Made by a program: the position numbers and the translations under genes
DNA from: Vulcanimicrobiota bacterium
GTDB lineage: Bacteria; Vulcanimicrobiota; Vulcanimicrobiia; Vulcanimicrobiales; Vulcanimicrobiaceae
Direction: 5' to 3'
Length of the DNA: 64,000 nt
Assembly: GCA_963714015.1 (NCBI GenBank)
Contig: OY970223.1
Location: forward strand, 3,456,001 to 3,520,000
In this document: piece by piece, positions 9,298 through 19,693 of the stretch
How the letters are laid out: each line of letters opens with the position of its first letter
Position numbering within the stretch: the stretch's first letter is position 1
The notes under the pieces: generated by a model
What the model was told of the DNA's origin: nothing
The model's database searches: none
What the model saw: only the letters and a program-made list of their open reading frames with translations

Positions 9298-10512
9298 ATG
9301 AATGCGTCTGCAATCCCCAAACTGCCGTTATTACCGGTTTTTATTGCCGTCGCTGCGATCGCCGGCTGTCACGGCGCAGGCCCGCCGTCCGGCGGCACGT
9401 CCACCATACCGCAGACCGACGCGCGGCACGCCGCGGTACCGGCGCGCGTGGGACTCGGAAAAGTGCTGAGCGCGAAAGACGGCGGCCAAATCTACGGATT
9501 CGACATCGATCGGAGCGGCAGCGACGGCGTTCTGGCCTCCGCCACGTCAAGCAGCAGGCCGAAGGTCTCCGTGCAGACGTTCGATGAGGATTCGGGCCGG
9601 ATCGTCAGCTTGGTCAAGGTCGACACCGCGGACGGCAGCTCGTACGGGGCGGACGGCATCTTCAATAGCGACACCGCGCTGCTCACGCACTACGTCATAC
9701 CGAAAGGCGGCATCTACGCTAAACGATTTTACCAAGTCATGGATCCGGTGACCGGAAACTCGATCACCGGTAAGTGGACGCCGCCGATCGAGGACGTCGA
9801 CGTGCAGCAGGCCGGCGTGAATCAATCGACGCCGCAGAGCGTACTCTTCGCCATCGAACTGCGCAATCAGGATGCGCCGGATCTCTTCGTCACCGATATC
9901 GCGGCAAACACCTTCGGCAAAGTCATCCATCTCGATCCGAATCTGTTCGGGTTAGCCGATGCCCCGCAGCTGGCGCAATTTATCTCGAAGAACGAAGCCG
10001 TCATGGCGCTTTCGCCGGACGGCGGCGCGGCCGGAGGAAAGCCTCCGCTCAATTTTCTCTTCGATCTTCAGACCGGCAAATCGACGCAGTTCGGCGGTTA
10101 CAACAACGGCCCGTTTCACGCCGGAGACGTCAACGGCGCAGCCGTCGACCCCAACACCGGCATAGAAGCGACCGACACCGAGCTCAATGCACAGGTCGAA
10201 TTCTACGACGACAACAAGAAATTGGGGGTTATCGCCGTGCAACTGCCGTGCACGAACGACGCCGACCAACTGAACAGCGGTTCCGGCATCGCCGTGGACC
10301 CCGTGCACAAGTTGTTCCTCGTCACCGAAGAGTACTACGCGTGCGGCTCCGGAAGCGCGATCGCGGTATACGACGAAACCGGCGCGTTGAAGGAAACGAT
10401 TACCGGATTTTCGTTCTACGTGGGAGAGCCCGCGCCGGTGCTCAATCCGTCCAAGCGCATGGGCTGGGTATTCGGCCCGAAGGTGAGCCAGCTGCAGCAG
10501 TTCTTCTACTGA
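9298..10512 (+). CDS. Lipoprotein, probable beta-propeller, function unknown
   Basis: Lipobox IAGC. Repeats such as GAAVDPNTG and GIAVDPVHKLFLVT. Confidence 0.7.
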   Translation: MNASAIPKLPLLPVFIAVAAIAGCHGAGPPSGGTSTIPQTDARHAAVPARVGLGKVLSAKDGGQIYGFDIDRSGSDGVLASATSSSRPKVSVQTFDEDSGRIVSLVKVDTADGSSYGADGIFNSDTALLTHYVIPKGGIYAKRFYQVMDPVTGNSITGKWTPPIEDVDVQQAGVNQSTPQSVLFAIELRNQDAPDLFVTDIAANTFGKVIHLDPNLFGLADAPQLAQFISKNEAVMALSPDGGAAGGKPPLNFLFDLQTGKSTQFGGYNNGPFHAGDVNGAAVDPNTGIEATDTELNAQVEFYDDNKKLGVIAVQLPCTNDADQLNSGSGIAVDPVHKLFLVTEEYYACGSGSAIAVYDETGALKETITGFSFYVGEPAPVLNPSKRMGWVFGPKVSQLQQFFY

Positions 10513-10628
10513 ACGGCCCCGCGCTTGTGCAGACCCCTGAGCTAAAACGGAAGGCTCCGCCCCGACGCGCGGCCCCTGCCGCGCTCCGCGGCACCGCGGG
10601 GTTGACGCGTCCGCCTATACTGAAGAAG

Positions 10629-10797
10629 GATACCTCGCTAGGTGAGGCGTCCACGCAATACACAGGCCGCTGCCCAGAAACGTCGAGAGACGCCAACCGG
10701 GTAGACCAGACTGCGCCGAGACAAGGCGATGTCTAACGCGGCTAAACCCGATGGGTTTTACGGTGCGTGGTGCCAAAGCAATCGCGACTGGGGTATC
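10629..10797 (+). promoter_or_regulatory. M-box (ykoK) Mg2+ riboswitch
   Basis: Conserved blocks TCGCTAGGTGAGGC, GCTGCCCAGAAACGTCGAGAGACGCCAA, AAGG, GTGCCAAAGC. Closing stem GATACCTC/GGGGTATC. TATACT -10 element at 10616-10621. Lies upstream of Mg-transport genes. Confidence 0.93.
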
Positions 10798-10826
10798 GGC
10801 CGAGCATGCTCCGCCGCCGCACCACG

Positions 10827-10861
10827 ACCGATCGCCGCCTTGCGGGATCGGTTTTTCTTTT
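10827..10861 (+). terminator. Intrinsic terminator of the M-box expression platform
   Basis: ACCGATC-GCCGC-CTT-GCGG-GATCGGT followed by TTTTCTTTT. Confidence 0.8.
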
Positions 10862-10900
10862 GTCTGCGCTGCAGCGCGGATTTCGAGGGAGGTGATGGCA

Positions 10901-12196
10901 ATGTTCCAGGAAGGCTTCGTCTCCGAGTTGGTTGGACGCCGGGCCACGGTGAACGACTTGCCGATCGGCAAAGTTGCGGACTTTCTCGTGAACAAACCGG
11001 ACGATACTTTCCCGCAGATCGACGGTCTCATCATCAAGACGGCGCAAGGGCAGCGCTTTGCTCCGATGTACACTGTGGCGGACGTCGACGATCGCGGGAC
11101 CGTGGCGCTCACCGCCGCGCCGAAGACCGCCGCACCTCCCGACGAAGAAGCGCTCTATCTCGTCAGCGACTTGCTCGACAAGCAGATCGTCGACGTGGAC
11201 GGACGCAAGGTGGTGCGCATCAACGACATCGAGCTTGCCAAGACCGGCGGCAAGCTGCGGGTCGTCGCAGCCGACGTCGGCGTGAGCGGACTGCTGCGCC
11301 GCCTTGGCCTAAAGTCGTTCGGCAAGCGCTTCACGCCGTGGATCTACGAAAACGTCCCGCGCACGATGATCGCCTGGAGCTCGGTCGCCCCCATCCGCGA
11401 CACCAACCCCTCGCAAGTGCAGCTCTCCGTCAAAGAGAGCAAACTCTCGCGTCTGCATCCCAGCGAACTTGCCGACATCATCACCGATCTCTCCGCGCCG
11501 GAAGCAGTAGCCGTGATCCAGCAATTGGACGACGAGACCGCGGCGGACGCCTTCGAACATCTGGACGCGGAAAAACAGCGTTCGCTGATCGACGACATCG
11601 GAACGGAACGCGCCGCCGACATCATCGAAGAGATGGACTCGGACGACGCTGCGGATCTGCTCGCAGAGCTTCCGGAAGAACGCCAATCCGAGCTGCTCGC
11701 CGAGATGAACGAATACACCGCCGGCGAGCTGCGGGCACTCGTCAAGTACGAAGACGACACGGCGGGCGGCCTCATGACGACGGACTACGTGTGGATCTAT
11801 CAGCATCGGACCGCCGAGCAGACGATTCGCAAGATCCGGGAGATCGCTCCTGAGTCCGAGTTCATTTACTACCTTTACGTCGTGGACAAGCAGGACGAGC
11901 TGCTCGGCGTCCTTACGCTGCGCGACTTGCTGCTGGCCGAACCGAACGCTTCGATCGACAAGATCATGCGCGGTGAGCTGGTCACGGTCGGCACCGAAAC
12001 GCCCGCGAGCGACGTCGTCGCAACGATCGCGCGGTACGATCTTCTCGCCGTTCCGGTCGTGGACGAAGCGGGCAAAATGCTCGGCATCGTCACTGTCGAC
12101 GATGCTATCGATGCCATCGTGCCGGAGCGCCTGGTGAGGAATCTGCCGCGCCTGACGCACAGGAAGCGCGAAGCCAGGGCGAGCGCCCGGGGATGA
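10901..12196 (+). CDS. MgtE cytosolic-domain protein (PRC-barrel-like + MgtE N-domain + CBS pair) with no transmembrane domain
   Basis: LHPSELADII, EEMDSDDAADLL, YEDDTAGGLMTTDY, YYLYVVD, LGIVTVDD. Ends after the CBS pair. SD GGAGGTG before ATG 10901. Confidence 0.88.
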   Translation: MFQEGFVSELVGRRATVNDLPIGKVADFLVNKPDDTFPQIDGLIIKTAQGQRFAPMYTVADVDDRGTVALTAAPKTAAPPDEEALYLVSDLLDKQIVDVDGRKVVRINDIELAKTGGKLRVVAADVGVSGLLRRLGLKSFGKRFTPWIYENVPRTMIAWSSVAPIRDTNPSQVQLSVKESKLSRLHPSELADIITDLSAPEAVAVIQQLDDETAADAFEHLDAEKQRSLIDDIGTERAADIIEEMDSDDAADLLAELPEERQSELLAEMNEYTAGELRALVKYEDDTAGGLMTTDYVWIYQHRTAEQTIRKIREIAPESEFIYYLYVVDKQDELLGVLTLRDLLLAEPNASIDKIMRGELVTVGTETPASDVVATIARYDLLAVPVVDEAGKMLGIVTVDDAIDAIVPERLVRNLPRLTHRKREARASARG

Positions 12197-13512
12197 CGCT
12201 CGCCAAGGGCCGGCGGCTCTCGCTGCGCCGGTCCATGCGCACGCTGGCGATGTTTTTCTCCATCGTCGGTCCCGGCATCATTACCGCGAACGCCGACAAC
12301 GACGTCGGCGGCATAGCGACGTACTCGCTCGCCGGCGCGCAGTTCGGGTACGAGCTGCTCTGGTTGCTGATACCGGTGACGATCGCGCTGATCGTGACGC
12401 AGGAGATGTGCGCCCGCATGGGAGCGATTACCGGTAAGGGGCTTGCGGATTTGATCCGGGAGAACTTCGGCGTAAAGGTGACGTTCTGGGTTCTTCTGCT
12501 CTTCGTGTTCGGCGATCTCGGGAACACGGCGGCGGAGTTCGCCGGCATCGCAACGTCGGCACCCATTTTTCACAGTTACATTCCGCACGTGCTCAGCAAG
12601 GACGTCTTCACCGATCTGCTCGTGGCGCTGGCCGCGGCCGGCGTCTTCTCCGCCGTTACGCGCGGGAATTACAAGACCGTCGAGCGGGTCTTTTTCTTTT
12701 TCTGCTTCGTTTACGTCAGCTATGTCGTCAGCGGCATTCTGGTGCACCCCGACTGGGGGCAGGTATTCCGCCAAACGATCGTCCCGCACTTCACGCCGAC
12801 CAAGGCCTACGTCCTGATGGCAGTCGGCGTGATTGGAACGACGATCTCCCCGTGGATGCAGTTCTACATTCAGGCCGCGGTCGTCGACAAGGGCGTGGGC
12901 GAGGAGGAGTACGCGTACTCACGGACCGACGTCGTAGTGGGCTCGTTCGTCACGGATATCATCGCCTATTTCATTATCGTGTCGAGCGCCGCCACGATTT
13001 TCTTTCATAATCTCCACGCGGCCCATCCGCTGATGATCAATACCGTCGCGGACGTGGCCGCGGCGCTCGCGCCCTTGGCCGGCAAGTTCTCGGCGCTGCT
13101 CTTCGCGCTCGGTTTGCTGAACGCGGCGATCTTTACCGCCTCCATACTGCCGCTTTCGACGGCATACTACGTCTGCGAAGCGTTCGGATTCGAGCGCGGG
13201 GTCGATCACCGCTTCAAAGACGCGCGCGTTTTCTACATACTCTACGCCGCCCTCATTTTTATTGGGGCGGTCGCAGTCATCGTCCCGGGATCTCCGCTGC
13301 TCTTCATCATCTTCGGATCGCAGGTCCTCAACGGGATGCTGCTGCCCATCGTGCTCGTGCTCATGCTGCTTTTGATCAACAACAAGCGCCTAATGGGCCG
13401 TTGGACGAATGGGGTCGCATTCAACGTGATTGCTTGGACGACCGTAGTCATCGTCGGAATTCTGACGCTCGTCTCTACCGTTCAGTTGATCTTCCCCTCT
13501 GCGGGTTCTTAG
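12193..13512 (+). CDS. NRAMP-family divalent metal transporter, NRAMP-related Mg2+ transporter (NrmT) type
   Basis: TM1 GPGIITANADNDVGG (not DPGN), QEMCARMG, TM6 GTTISPWMQF (not MPH). ATGA-coupled to the MgtE-domain gene and under the M-box. Confidence 0.88.
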   Translation: MTLAKGRRLSLRRSMRTLAMFFSIVGPGIITANADNDVGGIATYSLAGAQFGYELLWLLIPVTIALIVTQEMCARMGAITGKGLADLIRENFGVKVTFWVLLLFVFGDLGNTAAEFAGIATSAPIFHSYIPHVLSKDVFTDLLVALAAAGVFSAVTRGNYKTVERVFFFFCFVYVSYVVSGILVHPDWGQVFRQTIVPHFTPTKAYVLMAVGVIGTTISPWMQFYIQAAVVDKGVGEEEYAYSRTDVVVGSFVTDIIAYFIIVSSAATIFFHNLHAAHPLMINTVADVAAALAPLAGKFSALLFALGLLNAAIFTASILPLSTAYYVCEAFGFERGVDHRFKDARVFYILYAALIFIGAVAVIVPGSPLLFIIFGSQVLNGMLLPIVLVLMLLLINNKRLMGRWTNGVAFNVIAWTTVVIVGILTLVSTVQLIFPSAGS

Positions 13513-15286
13513 GCCAGTCCAGACGAGGCGCCTCGTCGTTGAAGAACAGCCAGCGGTTGCGCCCGGCATGTTTGGCGCGATACAGCGCGCGGTCGGCCCG
13601 ATCCATCAGTTCGTCCGGAGAAGTCCCGTCGTGGGGATAAAGCGCGATGCCGATGCTCGTGTGCACCGCGCGGCTCGCGCCTTCGATATCGAGCGGCGCC
13701 TGCATCGTGGAGACGATCTTGCGCGCCAGATCCGCTGCATCGTTCGCCCCGTTCACGACCGGTTGAAGAATGACGAATTCGTCGCCTCCGAACCGCGCCA
13801 CCGTATCGCTTTCGCGCAGCGTTGAAAGCAGACGATCCGCCACGGCCTTGAGAACGAGGTCACCCGCGCCGTGCCCGTCGCGGTCGTTGATCTCTTTGAA
13901 GTTGTCGAGGTCCAAATACATGACGGCAAAGCCGCGGTTGTAGCGTTTCGCGGCCCCCATCGTTTGGCGTATCCGGTCGCTGAAGAGCACGCGATTGGGC
14001 AGACCCGTGAGCGAATCGTAGAACGCGAGCTGTTCGATACGATCCGCGTGCTGCACGCGTTCGATGGCGGCGGCGACGAACAGGGCCATCAGCTGCAGCA
14101 GGTCCCGGTCGAGTTCCTGAAGCGCGCCGCTGTGCGGCATGCGGCCGGCGAAGACCAAAGCGCCGAATTCGCGATTGTTCACGACCAATTTGGTACCGAA
14201 ATAGGAGCGCCATGGGACGCTGCTGCGCGCCGGATCTTCGTCCCACGGCGGTTCGTCCAAATTCGGAACGAACAGCGTCTGCCGCTCTCCCACCAGGAAT
14301 CGCGAGATCGCCGTCTCGGTGGGGAAAACGCTGCCCGGCTTTACGGTCGACCCTTCACCTGCGGCATTCAGCACGGTCAGCGTCGCTTCGTCGAAGCGCG
14401 CGACGTACCCGTAGTCGAAACCGAACATCCGGCAGCCGATCGCCAGCGTGTTGTTGAGCTGGTCCTCCGGCGAGTCGCCGCGAGCCGCAGCTACGAGGTA
14501 GAGTTCGCGGATGCGTTCCCCTTGAAGCGCGATGGCGCGTTCGGCACTGCGCTGGGCATCAACGTTTTTCGCAATGGCGTAGGCGCCTTCGATCTCTTCG
14601 CCGACGCGGAGCGGCACTAATTTGAGCTGCACGTCGCTTCGATTGCCCAGCCGATCCAGCAACAGCGAGTCGAATTCGGTCGCTTCGCCCCTGCTGACGA
14701 GCTGGAAAGCCTCGTCCGCCGCTTCTCGGCATTCGGGCGAGACGATGATCGTCCAGGGCTTGCCGATGATCTGCTCGCCGTAGAATCCGGTCGCCGCTTC
14801 CAAAGCGACGTTCACCCGCGAAATCTCGCCGCTCGACTTGAGCGCCATGATCGCGTCCGGATGGTATTCGAAGAGCGATCGCGCGCGCTCTTGATTGATC
14901 CCCAGCGAGTGCTCCGCCGATCGAAGCGCAACGATGTCCCGGGCTTGAGCGAACACGCCGGCGATACCGTTTTGCGCGCGCGCCGGAAATAGGTACACCT
15001 CGACGGGTACGATCGTACCGTGACGATCGCGGATCGTCGTTTCAAAGTGCTCGGTAAATCCGGCGAGCGCCGTTTGGAAGGCGTTCGCGACGATCTCTCG
15101 ATCGCGCCCGTACACGTGCTCCCAATACGGCGTGCCGCGCATCTGCTCCAGCGGATATCCGGCAAGCTCGCACGTGCCGCGGTTGCACGACACGAGCAAA
15201 CCATTGCGGTCGTAGACGGCGACGGCATCGGGGTTGTCCTGGTAAAACGAGGACAGCAGGGCTTCGAGCAAAGGCTCCGTTTGCAT
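13475..15286 (-). CDS. Diguanylate cyclase PAS-PAS-GAF-GGDEF
   Basis: YDSLTGLPNR, DLDNFKEINDRDGH, RESD I-site, ARFGGDEF. Confidence 0.93.
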   Translation of the reverse strand: MQTEPLLEALLSSFYQDNPDAVAVYDRNGLLVSCNRGTCELAGYPLEQMRGTPYWEHVYGRDREIVANAFQTALAGFTEHFETTIRDRHGTIVPVEVYLFPARAQNGIAGVFAQARDIVALRSAEHSLGINQERARSLFEYHPDAIMALKSSGEISRVNVALEAATGFYGEQIIGKPWTIIVSPECREAADEAFQLVSRGEATEFDSLLLDRLGNRSDVQLKLVPLRVGEEIEGAYAIAKNVDAQRSAERAIALQGERIRELYLVAAARGDSPEDQLNNTLAIGCRMFGFDYGYVARFDEATLTVLNAAGEGSTVKPGSVFPTETAISRFLVGERQTLFVPNLDEPPWDEDPARSSVPWRSYFGTKLVVNNREFGALVFAGRMPHSGALQELDRDLLQLMALFVAAAIERVQHADRIEQLAFYDSLTGLPNRVLFSDRIRQTMGAAKRYNRGFAVMYLDLDNFKEINDRDGHGAGDLVLKAVADRLLSTLRESDTVARFGGDEFVILQPVVNGANDAADLARKIVSTMQAPLDIEGASRAVHTSIGIALYPHDGTSPDELMDRADRALYRAKHAGRNRWLFFNDEAPRLDWPKNPQRGRSTER

Positions 15287-15324
15287 CAGAATGTCCGGCT
15301 ACTCATTCGACCGAAGTAGCTCGG

Positions 15325-16491
15325 ATGACTGCAGACGAGATCGTCGCGTTTGCGGAGGGTCTTGCCGGAATTGCCGGCTCGGGAGGCGGCGCAAAGGCGC
15401 TAGCCGACCACCTTGCAAGGCGTATTCAAGCCGCCGTTCTGGTCGAGGACGCGCAGTGGCGGCACGTCGCCGCCTGCGGCGGGCCCGTGCCGAACAGCGT
15501 CCGATCGATGACCCGCAGCGACGATCCGGAGTTCTCGCCGCTGCTCGACGGACGCGCGGGCCGAACGATTGCAATAATCGGCGGAGAGCTGCGGCTCGGC
15601 CGGCTCTCGATTTTCGGCGAAGGGAATCTCGATCGCTTCGAATACTTCGTGCGCCTTACGGCCGGCGCAATAGGCGTCGAACTGGCGCGCGAGGCGACCG
15701 GTCAGCCCGCCGGGCGCCGCGCCTTTTGGGAGCGGTTGGCCGATCGCGCATACGTCGATGCGGCGGCCGCGCGCGACGATGCTGCGGCACACGGGATCGC
15801 GCTCGCTTCCCATTACGTCGCGGTCGCGATCGAGCCCGAATCGCAAAGCGGTGCGGCCGGCTCGCCCGCGCAAGAGATCGTGCGCAGCGCAGACTCTGCA
15901 GACGTTTCGATCAGGCCACGCGCAGCCCGGAATGCTCGAACGAGGCGGGACCATTTTGGTGTTGGTTCCGGCGTCGCGTGAAATCGATGCAGCGAACGCG
16001 CGGACCGCCGCATCGTTGATGCCGCGAGGATTGACGAAGAAACATCCGGACCTGATCGTCGGAGCCGGCGCCGGCACTCGCGTGGCGATGATCGATCTGC
16101 CGCAGTCGATCGACGAGGCGCTGGCCGCACTGACGATTGCGCGAAGGCTCCACGGCACGGGACAAGCCGGGATTTACGACGATCTCGGCGTCTATCCGCT
16201 GCTTCTGCAGGGCGCGGCGCAGCAGCAGTCTGCGGGAGTTTGCCGCGCGAACGCTTGCACCGCTGCGATCCTACGACGAAAAGCACCAAACCGAACTGGA
16301 AAGAACCTTACGTCTGTACTTCGAGGCCGGCGAGAACGTTAAAACGGCCGCCGCGAAACTCAACGTGCACCGGCACACGGTGTTTTATCGACTGCGGCAG
16401 ATCGGCGAGCTTTGCGGTTGCAAGACTCGGCGATCCGCATGACCAGCTTACGCTGAGAACGGCAATGGCTATCGATGCACTCACCAACTAA
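15325..16491 (+). CDS. PucR/CdaR-family transcriptional regulator (about 3 apparent frameshifts)
   Basis: Pieces in three frames join to give YDDLGVYPLL...LAPLRSYDEKHQTELERTLRLYFE...TAAAKLNVHRHTVFYRLRQI...DPHDQLTLRTA (PucR C-terminal HTH). Confidence 0.82.
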
Positions 16492-17767
16492 ACGCGAAGT
16501 CTTGCGGCTTGCGAAGGAATCGAACGTGCAGTTCGTCCGTCTTTCGTTCGCGGACGTTCTCGGCGTGGGAAAAAACGTCTCCATTCCCGTCGCGCAGCTC
16601 GACGCGGCGCTCGACGGAAAGGTGACCTTCGACGGCGGCTCCATCGACGGATTCGTTCGGGGAGAAGAGCTGGACATGGTGCTGCGGCCCGATCCGTCGA
16701 CGTTCGCGCTTTATCCGTGGTCTACGCCGCAAGCCGGCGAAGCGCGTCTTCTGTGCGACATCGCCATGCCCGACGGGTCGCCGTTCGAAGGGTGTCCCCG
16801 CACGACGCTGCGCCGTGCGGTCGATCGAACGGATTCGACACTGGGTTCGCTGAGCGTCGGACTGGAAGTAGAATTCTATCTCTTCGATGCGCGCGAGAGC
16901 GAGTTCGGGTCGACGGCGACCGCCGACGTCGGGTCGTATTTCGACTACTCTGCCAGCGACCGCGGCGAGGACGCCCGCAGCGCGATCGTCAGCGCACTGC
17001 AATCGATGGGCGCGCGGGTGGCAAGCGCGCATCACGAACATGGTGCCGCGCAGCACGAGATCGACCTTCAGCCCGTGGGTATTTTGGAAGCTGCGGACGC
17101 ACTGCTGACGTTGAGGACGATCGCTAAACACATCGCGGCGCGATACGGTTTGGAAGCGACGTTCATGCCCAAGCCCATCGAAGATCGCGCCGGAAACGGT
17201 CTGCACGCCGGCTTTGAATTTCCGGCCGGCGAAGATCGCGATACGGTGCTCTACGCCATCGGGGGTTTGCTCGCACATGCGCCTGCCGCCACCGCGGTGT
17301 GCAATCCCACGGTCAACTCCTACAAGCGTTTGGTCGCCGCGTGGGACGCGCCGATCTACACGGTCTGGTCAGCGCGCAGCGCCAACGCTTTGGTTCGCGT
17401 TCCGAGCACCGAAGGCGCACAGCTCGTCGAGATGCGCAGCCCGGATCCCGCGTGCAATCCGTACCTCGCGCTGGCCGTGCTGATCGGTGCAATCGCGGAC
17501 GGCGTCACGAACCGCGCGCTCCCCGGAGATCCGCTCGCCGGTTCGACGTACGAATTGAGCGAACGCGATCGCCGCGAACGGGGAATCGGCACGCTGCCCA
17601 AGTCGCTGCGCCAGGCCATCGCGGAGCTCGACGGCGATCCGGTCATGCGATCGGCACTGGGCGATCACATCTATCATGCCTTTCGCGACGCCAAGCTTGC
17701 GGAGTACGAACGGTACCGTCGTGCCGTGCATCCGTGGGAGCACCGGGCTTACCTGCGTTTGTACTAA
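16475..17767 (+). CDS. Glutamine synthetase type I-like protein with non-canonical active-site residues
   Basis: FDGGSIDGF, LEVEFY, HHE...QHEID, FMPKP, GNGLH, NSYKRL, EMRSPDPACNPYLA. Confidence 0.88.
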   Translation: MHSPTKREVLRLAKESNVQFVRLSFADVLGVGKNVSIPVAQLDAALDGKVTFDGGSIDGFVRGEELDMVLRPDPSTFALYPWSTPQAGEARLLCDIAMPDGSPFEGCPRTTLRRAVDRTDSTLGSLSVGLEVEFYLFDARESEFGSTATADVGSYFDYSASDRGEDARSAIVSALQSMGARVASAHHEHGAAQHEIDLQPVGILEAADALLTLRTIAKHIAARYGLEATFMPKPIEDRAGNGLHAGFEFPAGEDRDTVLYAIGGLLAHAPAATAVCNPTVNSYKRLVAAWDAPIYTVWSARSANALVRVPSTEGAQLVEMRSPDPACNPYLALAVLIGAIADGVTNRALPGDPLAGSTYELSERDRRERGIGTLPKSLRQAIAELDGDPVMRSALGDHIYHAFRDAKLAEYERYRRAVHPWEHRAYLRLY

Positions 17768-19693
17768 GCGCCCCTTGGAATACGGGCGGCATCCGCTTCG
17801 TGAATCGCCGCCTGCAAGTCAGTCCCAAGGAACGGATTGGTCAAGCATGCGTTCCACGCCGCTCCGCCGTCCGAGTTGCCGCCGATGGCGATGAGCCCGA
17901 TGGCCGGCGTAGCCGAGGCGGCGCGTTTGACGAGCGGCGAGGCGTCGGCGGTAATAGTGTCGCGGTCGACGATGACGATGTCCGCCTGTTCCACGTCCAA
18001 ACGCTCGAGTGCGGCCGTAAGCGTCTTGTCGCGCCGCGAGGCATACCCGTGCGTGCGAAGTTCGTGGGAGAGATACTGGCCCAACGTGTCGTCCGCGGTT
18101 ATGGCGAGCACCCGCAGAACGCCGCCGCGTCCGTCGCGCATCCGCGGAAGCACGATCGTGAACGTGCTGCCTTCTCCCAGATTGCTTTGCACCTGAATGT
18201 TTCCGCCATGACGCTCGACCAGCGTCTTGGACAAGTAGAGTCCCAGGCCAGTGCCTTTGACGGGAGATCGCTTAGCGTTGGACGCGCGCGAAAAACGTTC
18301 GAACAAGAACTTCATCTCGTCCGGCGGAATTCCCATACCGCGGTCGTGCACCGCTACGCGCACGGTGGAATCGGTCTCCGTCACGCGCACTTCGATGGGC
18401 GCATCTTCAGCGGAATACTTGATTGCGTTGCCGATGACGTTCTCGAACACTTGCCGCAGTCTGGCGGGATCCCCCCGGACGACGGGGTCGGCGGCCTGAA
18501 CCGCCAGCTCGAATCTGGCGTTGGGGCAAGAGTGAGTCGACGGTATCCTTCACGATTTCGGCGACGTTCACCGGATCGGCCGCCAGATTCAGTTCACCTT
18601 GCTCCACGCGCGAGAGCGCAAGGGTGTCGTTCGCCATGTTCGCCAAGCGCATCGCCGACTGCCGTATCGTCCGCAGTGCACCGTCGGCCTCGTTGCCTTC
18701 GAGCGCGTGCTGCTCGAGCAGTTCCGTGAAGCCGATGATCGTCGTGAGCGGTCCCTTGAAATCGTGCGCGAGCACCGCAATCAGATCGTCCTTGAGTTGA
18801 TTCAATTGGATGACGCTGGCGCGCTGAGACTGGAGTTCGCCGAAGAGCGCGACGTTCTGTACGGCGATTCCGACGTACTGACGCAGCAGTTCCAACGCGA
18901 AGACGTCGTTTTCTCCGAACGGTTCTTCGACGTTGCTGATATCGAGAATCCATTCGTTGCGGCCGCTCGTGCCCGGGATCGGCAGCGCGAGCCGGCGCCG
19001 GTCTTTGGCGAGCTTGGGCTTGCGCGATTTGAATGCGTCGAGCAGAAAAGCATCTGCGGCGCTGCGCGAGCCTCCGGAAGATTCCGTGCAAACCAGTTCG
19101 CCCGAGCCGCGAAGCGCGTACAGCGAGACGTTTCCGCCCCACAAGCGGCGCGCTTCCGCCGCCAGCAGACCCACGACCGCGCGCACGTCGAGCGTCGCGA
19201 AGACCCGCCCGGCCGCATCCGCAAGGCGCCGCAGAATCTTGTTCTCTTCCTGCAGACGAGCCTCACCCGCTTCGAGACGATCCAGCAGCTGCTGCCGTTC
19301 GATTGCGTAGCGCAGCGCTCGGCGAAGTCCGGCATCGTCCACGCGGCCCTTGATCAAATAATCTTGAGCGCCCGCCTGCATCGCCGCCAGCGCCGTCTCC
19401 TCGTCGTCACGGCCGCTCAAAACGACGATCGGAACGCGTGGAAGCGCCTCGCGGACGCGTTTGACGCCTTCCGCGCCTTCGGCATCGGGCAGCGTGATGT
19501 CGAGCAGCACCGCGTCGAACGGCGACTCCTGCGCAAGCGAAAGCGCTTCATGGAGCCGCTTCGCAACTACGGTTTGGGGAGCATCGTCTCCGTGACGCAA
19601 ATATTGCGCCACGATGCGTGCGTCGGTCGAGCTGTCCTCAACGATCAGGACGCGCATTCGGCTCGCACTTCGGCTGTGCGCAGGATTTCCCAT
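17764..19693 (-). CDS. Hybrid sensor histidine kinase REC-GAF-HisKA-HATPase-REC (frameshift near 18513)
   Basis: RVLIVEDS..LLDITLPD receiver, AHDFKGPL H-box, NAIKYS, DRGMGI, GTGLGL. Alternative start 19657. Confidence 0.88.

Noticed and set aside
10602..10621. TTGACG...TATACT as a sigma70 -35/-10 pair
   Set aside because: Spacer is only 8 nt. Only the -10 element was retained.
10901..12196. Calling this a complete or broken mgtE
   Set aside because: No TM domain follows in any listed frame, and the gene ends cleanly coupled to the NRAMP gene.
12193..13512. Calling this mntH
   Set aside because: Lacks DPGN and MPH motifs and is under a Mg riboswitch.
15325..16491. Pseudogene or programmed-frameshift interpretation of split genes
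   Set aside because: No slippery heptamers noticed, shifts are scattered over unrelated genes, and no nonsense codons appear. Sequencing error is more parsimonious.
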